This document shows, piece by piece, positions 42,103 through 51,391 of a DNA stretch of 64,000 nucleotides. How positions within the stretch are numbered: the stretch's first letter is position 1; every line of letters begins with the position of its first letter. Source of the DNA: Thermodesulfobacteriota bacterium (GTDB lineage Bacteria; Thermosulfidibacterota; Thermosulfidibacteria; Thermosulfidibacterales; B14-G1); NCBI GenBank assembly GCA_024274915.1, contig JAJSAC010000073.1, positions 878-64,877 of the forward strand. Reading direction: 5' to 3'. A model generated the notes under the pieces. The model was not told the DNA's origin and did not search any database. It saw nothing but the letters and a program-made list of their open reading frames with translations. Made by a program: the position numbers and the translations under genes.

Positions 42103-42506
42103 GGCCGAAGAAGGCCTGTAAGCCGGGTCCTGTCCCTATCGCGAAGGATAGGTGGCAGTCATTCCTCTAGGGTGCCGGTTACCCGACACCTCTAGCGACC
42201 TACCCGGGAGCGCGGGCGGGCCACCCTTGAAGCTCCCCTATTTGGTCTTGCCCCGGGCGGGGTTTACCTAGCCAGTCCGGTCACCCGGACTGCTGGTGGG
42301 CTCTTACCCCACCCTTTCACCCTTACCGGGCCTTGACAACCCATCTCCGGCCCCTGTTCTCAGGGTGGATGGGTCGGGTCCGGCGTGCTCCTTTCTGTGG
42401 CACTTTCCGTTCCTCGCGGAACCTGGGTGTTACCCAGCGCCCTGCCCTGCGGAGCCCGGACTTTCCTCCCGCGGACTACCCCGCCGGCGACTGCCCAGCC
42501 TTCTTC
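42103..42506 (-). ncRNA. rnpB: RNase P RNA, bacterial type A
   Basis: The minus strand contains GGAGGAAAGTCCGGGCTCC (plus 42451-42469), GGTAAGGGTGAAAGGGTG, GCAAGACCAAATAGGGGAGC and ACAGGACCCGGCTTACAGGCC. P1 pairs GAAGAAGGC at the 5' end with GGCCTTCTTC at the 3' end. Ends are good to +/-5 nt. Confidence 0.92.
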
Positions 42507-42931
42507 AGGGCCTCATCCAGGACTCTGTTGGCCAACCTGTCGGCTTCTCGGTTCAGGCCCCGTTCTACATGGAAGATACGGGCTTGGCGGAATCTTTTCA
42601 AGAGGTTGTGGGCCTGGGTGTGGAGGCTTTTGAGGTGGCCCTGGCGCACCTTGTACGTGCCCTCCAATTGGCGCACCATAAGCTGGGAATCGCTGTATAT
42701 CTCCAATCTTTCCCTGACCCCAGCCTCCCAGGCGGCCTCTAGACCTTTTATAAGAGCGGTGTATTCGGCTATATTGTTGGTGGCCTTGCCTAGAAAGCCT
42801 CCTCCCTTCAGTAAAGGTCGCTCTCCCTGGTAGAGAATGAAGGCATAGGCGGCGGGACCAGGATTTCCCCGGCACGCTCCGTCCACGAAGAGGCGGAAAG
42901 GGGGAGACAAATCCTCCCGGTCTTTAGTCAC
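42476..42931 (-). CDS. rnhA: ribonuclease HI
   Basis: FVDGACRGNPGPAAY (DxxxxGNPG), NNIAEYTALI, YSDSQLMV and NREADRLA. Its last ~30 nt overlap the 5' end of rnpB. Confidence 0.9.
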   Translation of the reverse strand: MTKDREDLSPPFRLFVDGACRGNPGPAAYAFILYQGERPLLKGGGFLGKATNNIAEYTALIKGLEAAWEAGVRERLEIYSDSQLMVRQLEGTYKVRQGHLKSLHTQAHNLLKRFRQARIFHVERGLNREADRLANRVLDEALKKAGQSPAG

Positions 42932-43653
42932 TCCTCATCCTCTTTGGGGGCCTCCTCCCAGCAGTGGAGGATGCGGCTACAGAAGGGACATTGAATGATC
43001 TCTTCCCCCTTCTTCACTTCCACAAAGGTCTGGGGAGGGATCTCCATATGGCAGCCCAGGCAGGTGTACTTCTCTGCTCTCACCACGGCGTAGCCCCGGT
43101 TTTTCTTCACCTTCTCGTAGATCTGGTGGGTGCGTTTACTGAGGCGGGAGACCAGCCCTTCTCGCTCTTTTTGCCGTTCTTGCAGGGTTTGCTCCAGTTC
43201 TTGTAGTTTCTTATGGAAGCGGGCCTTGGCCGCCTCCAGGGACTCCTCTTTTTCCTTTACCTCCTTTTTGGCCGCTTCTTCTTGGGCTTTCACTTCTTCG
43301 ATTCTGTCCAGCAGGAGGATAACCTCGTCTTCCAGTTGGCTGATGCGCTCCTTGAGAGACTCTATTTCTTTGATGAGTGCGGAGTATTCCTCGTTGCTCT
43401 TGGCCTGGAAAAGGCGCCCCTTCTTCTCTCCCACTTTGTCTCCCAGTTCCATAAGCTCCTTCTCTTTGCCTCGCCTCTCGAGTTCCAGGTCTTTAAGGTT
43501 CTGTCTAAAGGCCTCTAATCGGCCCTTAGCCGCCTCCAGGGCCTGGCTTTCGTCCTGGATCTGTTGGGGCAGTTCTTTCATTAGCCTTTGGGCCTTGTCC
43601 AGCCATAGATCCAGGGCCTGGAGCTTTACCAGGAGCTTTATCTCTTCTCGCAC
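42928..43653 (-). CDS. COG1579/DUF164 coiled-coil zinc-ribbon protein
   Basis: Long coiled coil followed by CLGCHMEIPPQ...IIQCPFCSRIL. This is the usual partner downstream of Nif3. Confidence 0.85.
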   Translation of the reverse strand: MREEIKLLVKLQALDLWLDKAQRLMKELPQQIQDESQALEAAKGRLEAFRQNLKDLELERRGKEKELMELGDKVGEKKGRLFQAKSNEEYSALIKEIESLKERISQLEDEVILLLDRIEEVKAQEEAAKKEVKEKEESLEAAKARFHKKLQELEQTLQERQKEREGLVSRLSKRTHQIYEKVKKNRGYAVVRAEKYTCLGCHMEIPPQTFVEVKKGEEIIQCPFCSRILHCWEEAPKEDEE

Positions 43654-44450
43654 CTTGATCCTCCTCTAATGTAGATAGTGAAAGGGTCTTTCAAGGACCC
43701 CTCCAGAGACACTTTCAGGGAAGGAATCTCCCTTCTAATTCTCTCTGCCAAAACCTCCATGCCCCACGCCTCGGTGGCAAAGTGTCCTAGGTCCAGTAGG
43801 GCGAAGCCCTCCTCAAGGGCCTCTCGGGCCTGATGGTGTTTCACGTCTCCTGTGATGAGGACCTGGGCTTCCAGGTCCCGGGCTCTGGGCCACAGGTCCC
43901 CCCCCGAACCGGGACATAAGGCCACCCTCTCCACGGTCATTTGAGGATCTCCCACCACCCGGGCCCAGGGGGCGGGCAGTTCTTTCATGAGGCGGTTTGT
44001 CAAGGCATCTAGGGTTTCGGGGTTGGGGAGGCTTCCTACCCGGCCGATTCCACCCTCTCCCTGGGTGGAAGGCTCCAGTACGGCATCTACTTCTAGGAGC
44101 AGTTTGTGGGCCAAGGCGTCAGATAGTCCTCCGGGGGCAATGTCCCAGTTGGTGTGCATGGTCACCAGGGCTATCTCCCTTTTCACTAGGGAGGCAATGA
44201 GACTCCCTGGGTTCCGATGGAGCAGCAGGCTTTTAAGGGGTGGGAGGATGAGGGGGTGATGGGTCACGATGAGTTGGGCCCCATAGTCCAGGGCCTCCAT
44301 TACCACGTGGGAAGTGAGCTCCAGGGCCAAAAGGATGTCCGTCACTTCCTGAGAAGGGTCTCCTACTTGGAGGCCCGAGTTGTCCCAGGGCAGGGCTATG
44401 GAGAAGGGTGCTATCCTGTCCAGATGGGAAAGGACTTCCTCCAGGGTCAT
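43638..44450 (-). CDS. Nif3-family dinuclear metal-centre protein (GTP cyclohydrolase 1 type 2 homologue)
   Basis: WDNSGLQVGD, LIVTHHPLI, VTMHTNWD and GHFATE. Confidence 0.88.
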   Translation of the reverse strand: MTLEEVLSHLDRIAPFSIALPWDNSGLQVGDPSQEVTDILLALELTSHVVMEALDYGAQLIVTHHPLILPPLKSLLLHRNPGSLIASLVKREIALVTMHTNWDIAPGGLSDALAHKLLLEVDAVLEPSTQGEGGIGRVGSLPNPETLDALTNRLMKELPAPWARVVGDPQMTVERVALCPGSGGDLWPRARDLEAQVLITGDVKHHQAREALEEGFALLDLGHFATEAWGMEVLAERIRREIPSLKVSLEGSLKDPFTIYIRGGSRCEKR

Positions 44451-44558
44451 GGCTTAGCAAAAAAGGGGATGTGCCTCCGGCACACCCCCTTTTTTCCGTT
44501 GGAAACTCTTTTTATTCCAATCCTACCCACTCTCTCTCCCAAGCACCTCTTTGATAAA

Positions 44559-44632
44559 TGGGCCCGCCAGGACTCGAACCTGGGACCTTCCGGTTATGAG
44601 CCGGTGGCTCTAACCAGCTGAGCTACGGGCCC
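44559..44632 (-). tRNA. tRNA with CAU anticodon (elongator Met, or Ile2 if lysidine-modified)
   Basis: The reverse complement is GGGCCCGTAGCTCAGCTGGTTAGAGCCACCGGCTCATAACCGGAAGGTCCCAGGTTCGAGTCCTGGCGGGCCCA. It has a 7-bp acceptor stem, GCTC/GAGC D-stem, CTCATAA loop, TTCGAGT T-loop and G1-C72 (not initiator-like). CCA is not encoded. Confidence 0.93.
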
Positions 44633-44684
44633 GTAGGCCTGGATAATAATTTCCCCTTTTCCCCCCTTTGTCAAGGGATTAGAG

Positions 44685-44879
44685 CAGGGCTTCCCCCACT
44701 TTTACTCTTATGGGTCAGGGCAGGGCGTTCCGAGCGCAGAGATGATAGCTCATAGTTGCTATCAGCCATGAGCCATGGGCAAGGGAGGAATGCCCCGCCC
44801 TTTCACTTATTGGAAAGAAAAAATCTAGGATTCTGAACATGATGCCTTTACCAGGAAGGGAATTTTGGGGGAAGTCCTG
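44685..44879 (-). mobile_element. MITE-like repeat, copy 3 (complete, 195 bp, inverted)
   Basis: The ends are CAGGGCTTCCCCC (44685-44697) and GGGGGAAGTCCTG (44867-44879), flanked by ATTAGAG at 44678-44684 and 44880-44886. It has the same long arm and nested palindrome as copy 2 but only one heptamer (44748-44754). Confidence 0.85.
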
Positions 44880-44880
44880 A

Positions 44881-45384
44881 TTAGAGGGATTGCCCTGGGG
44901 GATTTGTGAGGGCCCTTCTGGGAAGGGAGATCTCCTTCATCCTCTCCTCTAGCCATGAAGAAGGTGAGGCCCCTCCCGGGGGGGAGAAGGCACCTTTCTC
45001 CAAGAGGTTCCGGTAGTAGTTGATGGAGTGTTCCAGCTCCTTTATGCTTTGGGCGTAGAGGTAGACACCCAGGCTGGAGGGCTTTTTCTCGCCTTTCCAT
45101 AGACGCTCCAGGCGAAACTTGAGGGTGGAGAAATAGCAGTACTGGTAGAGCTCCTCGCCCCGGGGATAGTTCCGCTCCCGGAGGCATTCCCTGGCCAGCC
45201 GGGAGAAGTACTGCCTCTCTTCCAGGCTGAACTCCCGGAGGAACTGCTCACAGAGGATGGTCTTTTGGAGGTCCCTTTTGGGCCTGGTCACGGGAGGAAG
45301 GGAGGAGGACCATGGTAGGGGTAACCCCTCCTTGGAAGAAGGGAGAAGGACCCTTTTTATAAGGTAGATGAGAGGGACCAACAC
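44881..45384 (-). CDS. hypothetical protein
   Basis: 167-aa ORF with a GTG start and no recognised motif (..CEQFLREFSLEERQYFSRLARECLRERNYPRGEELYQYCYF..). Its TAA stop lies inside the ATTAGAG duplication next to MITE copy 3. Confidence 0.45.
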   Translation of the reverse strand: MLVPLIYLIKRVLLPSSKEGLPLPWSSSLPPVTRPKRDLQKTILCEQFLREFSLEERQYFSRLARECLRERNYPRGEELYQYCYFSTLKFRLERLWKGEKKPSSLGVYLYAQSIKELEHSINYYRNLLEKGAFSPPGGASPSSWLEERMKEISLPRRALTNPPGQSL

Positions 45385-45561
45385 CGTTCATCTCCTGGGT
45401 AAGGGTGTATTAAACTTATATATCTTTTTACCCCTTTTGGTCTATAGGTCAGGGAGAGGCCTTTCTTCCTTTTTGCTTTCCTTGACCCAGCCTCCTGGGC
45501 GCAGTATCCTTTTCCAAAAAGGTGAGGGGTTTTGCAAGGAGAAAGAAGTAGGAGGTGAGCT

Positions 45562-47292
45562 ATGAATGTCAGTTTAGTATTGGTGATTGGCCTTGCCCTT
45601 TATGTCTTTCTCTATTGGTTGTATGGGCGCTTTCTCCAGAGGGATGTGGTCAAAGCTTCGGAAGAACCAACTCCTGCGGTGAGGCTCTATGACGGGGTGG
45701 ATTTTGTTCCTGCCAACAAGTACGTTCTTTTTGGACACCACTTTGCTTCCATAGCAGGTGCAGCCCCCATAATTGGTCCGGCCATTGCTTTGGCCTGGGG
45801 GTGGGTCCCGGCCCTTCTATGGGTATGGTTGGGCAACATCTTCATTGGAGCGGTCCATGACTACCTCTCCCTTATGAGTTCCGTGCGCTACGATGGCCAT
45901 TCTGTCCAGTGGGTAGCGGGTCGAGTTCTCAAGAGACGCACGGGATACATTTTTGCTTGGTTTATCTTCTTTGTCCTTATCCTGGTGGTGGCTGCCTTTG
46001 GGGCTGTGTTAGGGAAGCTCTTTGTCAAAGTACCGGCAGTGCCCAGCGCCTATCTTTTCAAGATAGTGGCCGGCTTAATTCTTGGGGTCCTTCTTTACAG
46101 GTTGAAGCTGGACTTTAAACTCTCCACGGTCATCGGCATCATTATGCTGGTGGCAGCCATTGTTCTGGGAGAGAAGTTCCCCATTAGGGCTGGCTATAAG
46201 ACCTGGATGGTGGTTTTCTTCTTCTATATCATCGTTGCTGCCTCCCTGCCCGTTCAGGTGCTTCTCCAGCCCAGGGACTACCTCAACGCCTGGCTTTTGG
46301 TGGGTGGGCTGGTCTTGGGCGGTGTGGCGGTGGTCCTTTCTTTCAAGCCCATCACCGTTCCTGTGGCCACCGTCTTCTCTGCTCCCATCATCGCGGGGAA
46401 GCCTACGCCCTTCTGGCCCGTTATACCCCTCATCATTGCCTGCGGATCCCTCTCGGGATTTCATGCCCTGGTGGCCTCGGGGACCACGTCTAAGCAGCTT
46501 TCCCGGGAAGTGGACGGTCTCTTTGTGGGCTATGGCTCCATGCTCACGGAAGGCTTCCTCTCTACCCTGGTAGTGGCTTGTATAGGCGCCTATGGGATGA
46601 GCCTCATGAAGCCCGAGGTGCTGAAGGGTCTGGGAAGTGGTGGGGCCCAGTTTGCCGCCCACTATATGGGGGCCGTTAAGAGCCTGGGTGGTCCTGTGGG
46701 GATCTTTGCCAAGGCCTATGGTGCGGTGACCAGCAGCGTCCTGGGTCTTCCCAAGACCTTCATGGTGATTCTGGGGGCCATGTGGGTGGCCTCCTTTGCC
46801 ATGACCACCCTGGACACCACCAATCGCCTTGCCCGGTACACCTTTGCTGAGATTTTGGAGCCTGTGAGGGAGGCGGTGCCGGCCTTTTACTCCTTTATGA
46901 CCAATCGGTGGGTGGCCTCCACTGTGCCCGCTGCCATAGGAATAGGTCTGGCCTGGACTGGGGCCTGGAAGGTGATCTGGCCTGCTTTTGGAGGGGCCAA
47001 TCAGATGCTGGCATCCATTGCTTTGATAACCGTGGCGGCCTGGGTTATCAGGGTTCAGAGAAGATCGGGCTGGATGGTACTGGCGCCTGCCTTCTTCCTC
47101 TGGATAACGGTGACCTTGGCCCTGGTGTGGTATCTATTCGTGGCAGTGCCCACCTTCATGGCCAAGAAACCCTTCCAGGCCTATGTCTTGGGCGTCATAG
47201 TGGTGGTCATGCTCCTGCTGAACCTTATTCTCATCTACGATTACTTCACTCCTAAACCCCAGGAGCTCCAGACAGCCCATGAGATTGAGTGA
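45562..47292 (+). CDS. cstA: carbon starvation protein A family transporter
   Basis: 576-aa polytopic protein with LFGHHFASIAGAAPIIGPAIA and GSLSGFHALVASGTTSKQL, typical of CstA. Confidence 0.92.
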   Translation: MNVSLVLVIGLALYVFLYWLYGRFLQRDVVKASEEPTPAVRLYDGVDFVPANKYVLFGHHFASIAGAAPIIGPAIALAWGWVPALLWVWLGNIFIGAVHDYLSLMSSVRYDGHSVQWVAGRVLKRRTGYIFAWFIFFVLILVVAAFGAVLGKLFVKVPAVPSAYLFKIVAGLILGVLLYRLKLDFKLSTVIGIIMLVAAIVLGEKFPIRAGYKTWMVVFFFYIIVAASLPVQVLLQPRDYLNAWLLVGGLVLGGVAVVLSFKPITVPVATVFSAPIIAGKPTPFWPVIPLIIACGSLSGFHALVASGTTSKQLSREVDGLFVGYGSMLTEGFLSTLVVACIGAYGMSLMKPEVLKGLGSGGAQFAAHYMGAVKSLGGPVGIFAKAYGAVTSSVLGLPKTFMVILGAMWVASFAMTTLDTTNRLARYTFAEILEPVREAVPAFYSFMTNRWVASTVPAAIGIGLAWTGAWKVIWPAFGGANQMLASIALITVAAWVIRVQRRSGWMVLAPAFFLWITVTLALVWYLFVAVPTFMAKKPFQAYVLGVIVVVMLLLNLILIYDYFTPKPQELQTAHEIE

Positions 47293-47560
47293 TCTGGCCA
47301 GGCGGTTTCTGGAGGCCCTGCGGTTTTTCTCACAGGGCTTCAGGGAAAGGGCTGTTGATACCATTGAAAAGGAGCTCTCCGAGATGGAGAGCTCCTTTGC
47401 TCTTCTTCTTTACTCGTCTTTTGTGGGCTTGCCCTCCCCCCCGCCCTTGGTGGGGTTAGCCCTTTTGCCCTATATGGAGAGGGAGTTTTCCATTATGCTG
47501 GCTAAGTCTCGGCGTCTGGACGATGCCTGGGCTGTGTGGGCCGATCTGGCAGACATATGA
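47279..47560 (+). CDS. 93-aa hypothetical protein, translationally coupled between cstA and the ArsA-like ATPase
   Basis: The ATG overlaps the cstA 3' end by 14 nt. The TGA stop is embedded in the ATGA formed with the next gene's start. A central hydrophobic/Pro-rich segment reads SSFALLLYSSFVGLPSPPPLVGLALLPYM. Confidence 0.6.
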   Translation: MRLSDLARRFLEALRFFSQGFRERAVDTIEKELSEMESSFALLLYSSFVGLPSPPPLVGLALLPYMEREFSIMLAKSRRLDDAWAVWADLADI

Positions 47561-48483
47561 TGAAAAGGCTCTATTTTTTTCTTGGTAAGGGAGGCGTGGG
47601 GAAAACCACATCGGCGGCCAGCCTGGCTCTCACCTTGGCGCGTAAAGGTTTCTCTGTATTTTGGGCTTCAATAGACCCTGCCCATAACCTTTGGGATGTA
47701 CTGGGGATGGAGGAGGGTTCTGGGGTTAAGCGGGTGGAAGGGGGCCTGTGGGCCCAGGAGGTCGACCTGGAGGTCTATCTTCGCCGATTCCTGGCGGAGA
47801 CCTCCCGGAAGATGAGGGACCTCTACCGTCACCTCACCATCCTCAATCTGGAAGGCATGCTGGACGTTCTCAGGTACTCTCCAGGCATGGAAGAATCGGC
47901 TGTGCTCTTTGCCCTGCAGGACCTCTTGGAGACCCACAGGGACAAGGACTTTTTGGTGATAGACACTCCTCCCACGGGATTGACCCTGAAGATCTTTTCC
48001 CTTCCCTTTTCCATCCTGATGTGGATAGATCAGCTGAAAAAGTGGCGGGAGAAGATCCTAGAGAGGCGCTCTGTGGTGGTGGCTATCAAGGGGAAGGAGG
48101 CATTGGGTAAAGGAGTGGCTATAGACAGTGGGGAAGACAGGGTCTATCGGGAGCTGGAGCGGCAGGAGGAGCGGGCCCGATACATGGCGGACCTTTTGAG
48201 GGATGGGGGGAGGGTGGCCAATGTTCTGGTGATGAACCAGGATAGGCTGTCTTTTACGGAGAGTTGCAGGATAAGGTCTTTTCTGGAGAGGGTGTCTATT
48301 CCCCTCCACTTGATCCTCCTCAACAAGTTTGGTTTGGTGGAAGGTGGGGAGACAGTGGACGAGGCAAGGGTGGCGGAAGCCTTTTCTCCCCTTCCGGTGC
48401 GGACCCTCCCCTTTGTGAGGGGTGGCCTGGGAAGGGAGGACCTGGTTTCTCTGGGGAGGGGTTGGGTGGAGGAGTTGGTGTGA
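47557..48483 (+). CDS. ArsA/GET3(TRC40)-family P-loop ATPase
   Basis: Deviant Walker A GKGGVGKTT, IDPAHNL, and switch II VIDTPPTGLTLKIFSLP. ATG 47557 (MMKRLYFF) forms ATGA with the upstream stop. Confidence 0.88.
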   Translation: MMKRLYFFLGKGGVGKTTSAASLALTLARKGFSVFWASIDPAHNLWDVLGMEEGSGVKRVEGGLWAQEVDLEVYLRRFLAETSRKMRDLYRHLTILNLEGMLDVLRYSPGMEESAVLFALQDLLETHRDKDFLVIDTPPTGLTLKIFSLPFSILMWIDQLKKWREKILERRSVVVAIKGKEALGKGVAIDSGEDRVYRELERQEERARYMADLLRDGGRVANVLVMNQDRLSFTESCRIRSFLERVSIPLHLILLNKFGLVEGGETVDEARVAEAFSPLPVRTLPFVRGGLGREDLVSLGRGWVEELV

Positions 48484-49109
48484 AGTTCCCAAGGGAGATT
48501 TTTGGTGCCTTGATTGGGGCGAGCTTGGTTCTCACCGTGCTCTATCCCCTGGGCCACAGGAGAAACTTACGCTTGGCAAAAAGGATGGCGGCCCTTCTGG
48601 AGGAGAAGCTTCAGCCTCGGGACCAGGAATATACTTGGTTGGGGGGGGTGATGGGTTTTACTGGGGAGTATGAAGTGCCGGGATTCGAGAGGGTGATGGT
48701 GGTGTATCGGCTTCTTCCCCGCCAGAGCGTTCTTTGGCTTCCTTTTCACTTTCTCACGGGTGACAATGATACCGTGCAAGCCTTATTTTACCTGAAGGAG
48801 GCTCCTGACCAAGAGTTACATCTGGTAAAGGGGGGGTTATTCAATCGGCCGAGGATCTACAATCTGGCCATCCTAAAAGAGAAGAGGATGAGATTTGGTG
48901 GTAGCAGGTTTAAGGTCCTTTTCGAAAGGGATCCTGGCCCGGCGGAGAGGCTGGCGGAGTTTTTGGGGGAGGAGCTTCCCCTGGTACGGCATCTCGCTGT
49001 GACAAAGGAGAAGAAGGTTTTTTACCTGGAGCTGCCCCTTCCACCGTCGCGTCTGGAAAGGGGGGCCTCCCTGTTGGGGCGGGTGGTTCATAAGAGGCCC
49101 GCTTGGTAG
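48480..49109 (+). CDS. 209-aa hypothetical N-terminally membrane-anchored protein
   Basis: GTG 48480 forms a GTGA overlap with the ATPase stop. It has one N-terminal TM (IFGALIGASLVLTVLYPLG) and a soluble remainder with no recognised motif. Confidence 0.55.
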   Translation: MKFPREIFGALIGASLVLTVLYPLGHRRNLRLAKRMAALLEEKLQPRDQEYTWLGGVMGFTGEYEVPGFERVMVVYRLLPRQSVLWLPFHFLTGDNDTVQALFYLKEAPDQELHLVKGGLFNRPRIYNLAILKEKRMRFGGSRFKVLFERDPGPAERLAEFLGEELPLVRHLAVTKEKKVFYLELPLPPSRLERGASLLGRVVHKRPAW

Positions 49110-49117
49110 AAGGTGAT

Positions 49118-50563
49118 ATGAAAGGGAAGGGAGACCTTGGCAGGGTGGAGATCCCTAAGATCTTTCCTAAAGGCCTGAAACTCTTCGCTATAGGCGGAGG
49201 AAGGGCTTGCAAGGCCCTTTTGGACACCATTATGGGAGACCCCTCTATAGAGATACTGGGTTTGGCGGAGATAAACCCTGAAGCCGAGGCCCTGCCCCTG
49301 GCCAGGCAGTTGGGCATCCCCATTTTCGAGGACTACAGGGCCGTGCTGGACATGCCCCAAGTGGATCTCATCCTCAATCTCACGGGAGACAAGGCCCTGG
49401 AAGAGGAATTAAGGGGGCTTTTAAAGGAGCGAGGCAGAGGGACAGAGATTCTGGGGGGACTGGGGGGTAGGCTTCTGTGGGGGGTGCTGGGGAGGAAGGA
49501 CTATCTGGCCTGTACAGACCCCCTGACAGGGCTCTTCAATGTGGCCTATTTCTACAGGTCCCTGGAGGAGGAGATAGAGAGGGGTATGCGCTATGGTTCT
49601 CCCTTTGCCCTTCTGTTCATGGACGCCGATAATTTCAAAGACATCAATGATCGTCTGGGACACCTTCAGGGAGACCGAGTGCTTAAGGCCGTGGGGGACG
49701 CCATAGCCTCGTCGCTGAGGGGCGCAGATATGGCTGCCAGGTATGGAGGGGACGAGTTCACCGCCATTCTACCGGAGACCCAGGTAGAAGGGGCTATGAG
49801 GGTGGCGGAGAGGGTGAGAAAGAAGGTGGAGACCCTCGGTGACTCTTTGGGGGTTTCTCCCCTCTCTTTGAGTATCGGGGTGGCCGTCTTTCCTCTGGAT
49901 GGCATTACCGCAGAGGAGCTGGTGAGAAGGGCTGACTGGGCCATGTATCAAGCCAAGAAGATGGGTGGCAACAGGGTCTTTCGCTTGGGGGAGGGGAAGG
50001 AGCCTCCGGCTTTTTTTCGAGTGGAAGATGCCCTATCTTTGGTCTCCCAGAAGGGGGAGAGGGACAAGTTCCACAGGTCCCACTCCGAAGTGGTCTCCAA
50101 GATCTCGGTGGAGATAGGAAAGGCCCTGGGACTCAACAGGGCTATGGTGAGGCTTCTCCGGGTGGCCGGGGCCCTTCATGACATAGGGAAGGCGGAGGTC
50201 TCCTTTGGAGAGGGGGCCTGGAACTACAAAGAACATCCACTGATAGGGGCCTACATGTTGCGCCATGTTCCCTATCTCAGGGGAATAGTTCCCATGGTCC
50301 TTTACCATCACGAGCGCTACGACGGGAAGGGTTTTCCCAAGGGTTTGACGGGGAAGCAGATCCCCCAGGGGGCCCAGGTAGTTTTTTTGGCGGACAGGCT
50401 CCATCACCTTTTAGAGCATACTCCCCGTTGGAGGGTAGAGGACCTGTTGGGGGTCTTGGAAGAGGTAGCGAAAGATGCCGGGGCTGTAGATCCTAATATG
50501 ATTGAAGCCTTTCAAAAAGCCCTCAGTTCCAGACCCCGGGATCAGCTTTTCCTGTCCTTCTAG
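49118..50563 (+). CDS. GGDEF (diguanylate cyclase) plus HD-GYP (c-di-GMP phosphodiesterase) protein with an N-terminal Rossmann-like domain
   Basis: DPLTGLFN...RYGGDEF (GGDEF), then HDIGK...[14 protein letters not shown] (HD-GYP). ATG 49118 follows GAAGGTGA. Confidence 0.9.
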   Translation: MKGKGDLGRVEIPKIFPKGLKLFAIGGGRACKALLDTIMGDPSIEILGLAEINPEAEALPLARQLGIPIFEDYRAVLDMPQVDLILNLTGDKALEEELRGLLKERGRGTEILGGLGGRLLWGVLGRKDYLACTDPLTGLFNVAYFYRSLEEEIERGMRYGSPFALLFMDADNFKDINDRLGHLQGDRVLKAVGDAIASSLRGADMAARYGGDEFTAILPETQVEGAMRVAERVRKKVETLGDSLGVSPLSLSIGVAVFPLDGITAEELVRRADWAMYQAKKMGGNRVFRLGEGKEPPAFFRVEDALSLVSQKGERDKFHRSHSEVVSKISVEIGKALGLNRAMVRLLRVAGALHDIGKAEVSFGEGAWNYKEHPLIGAYMLRHVPYLRGIVPMVLYHHERYDGKGFPKGLTGKQIPQGAQVVFLADRLHHLLEHTPRWRVEDLLGVLEEVAKDAGAVDPNMIEAFQKALSSRPRDQLFLSF

Positions 50564-51351
50564 TCTATGCTGAACCGGGCCACCAGGGGTGTGTGGTCCG
50601 AGGGTTTGGTAGCCAGGCGGGGTTCCAGGTCAATCCAACAGTCCTGGGATTTCTCAGCCAGGGGAGGCGTGGCCAGGATGTGGTCCACCCTCCAGCCCAG
50701 TCCCCTGTCTACGGCCCTGGGGACCCGGTAGTCGAAGAAGGTGTACTGCCCCCCCTCCCCGGGGTGGTGCTTTCGGAAGATATCCACAAAGCCCCAGGCC
50801 TTCACCTCTTGGAAGGCCTCCCACACCTCCGGTCGGAAGCAGACGTGGCCCAGGAGCCTCTTGGGGTTGTGGACGTCTATCTCCTCAGGGGCCACGTTGA
50901 GATCCCCGCACCACAGGAGGGGCTCTGTGGGGGAGTAGTGGCGCTGGAAGAGACGTCGGAGCCGCTGGAACCACCCCAGCTTGTAGGGAAACATGGGAGA
51001 CTCGGGTTTTTGGCCCTGGGGGACGTAGGTGTTCACCACGGGAATGCCCGAGAAGACCCCCCGGATGAGACGGTCCTCGTCGGGAGGGCCCCCGTCGTCC
51101 AGGCCGAAGGCCACGTCCTCGGGTTCTTCCGGGGAGGCTATGGCCACGCCGTTTTTTCCCTTGTCCCCTCGAAAAACCACATGGTAGCCGACCTTCTCGA
51201 ATTCCTTGGCGGGAAAGACCTCATCGGCCACTTTGGTCTCCTGCATGCATAGGACATCCGGGCGGTGTCTCTCCAGCCAGGAGATAACAATGGGGAGTCT
51301 GGACCTGATGGAGTTCACGTTGAAAGTGGCAATGATGAAAGTTCCCGCCAT
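50560..51351 (-). CDS. xth: exodeoxyribonuclease III
   Basis: [31 protein letters not shown] and [11 protein letters not shown]. The start is set at ATG 51351 (MAGTFII), after AGGAGG. Its stop shares CTAG with the convergent gene. Confidence 0.93.
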   Translation of the reverse strand: MAGTFIIATFNVNSIRSRLPIVISWLERHRPDVLCMQETKVADEVFPAKEFEKVGYHVVFRGDKGKNGVAIASPEEPEDVAFGLDDGGPPDEDRLIRGVFSGIPVVNTYVPQGQKPESPMFPYKLGWFQRLRRLFQRHYSPTEPLLWCGDLNVAPEEIDVHNPKRLLGHVCFRPEVWEAFQEVKAWGFVDIFRKHHPGEGGQYTFFDYRVPRAVDRGLGWRVDHILATPPLAEKSQDCWIDLEPRLATKPSDHTPLVARFSID

Positions 51352-51391
51352 TTCACTCCTCCTGGTCCTCCACTCCTCCCTTTTTACTATC

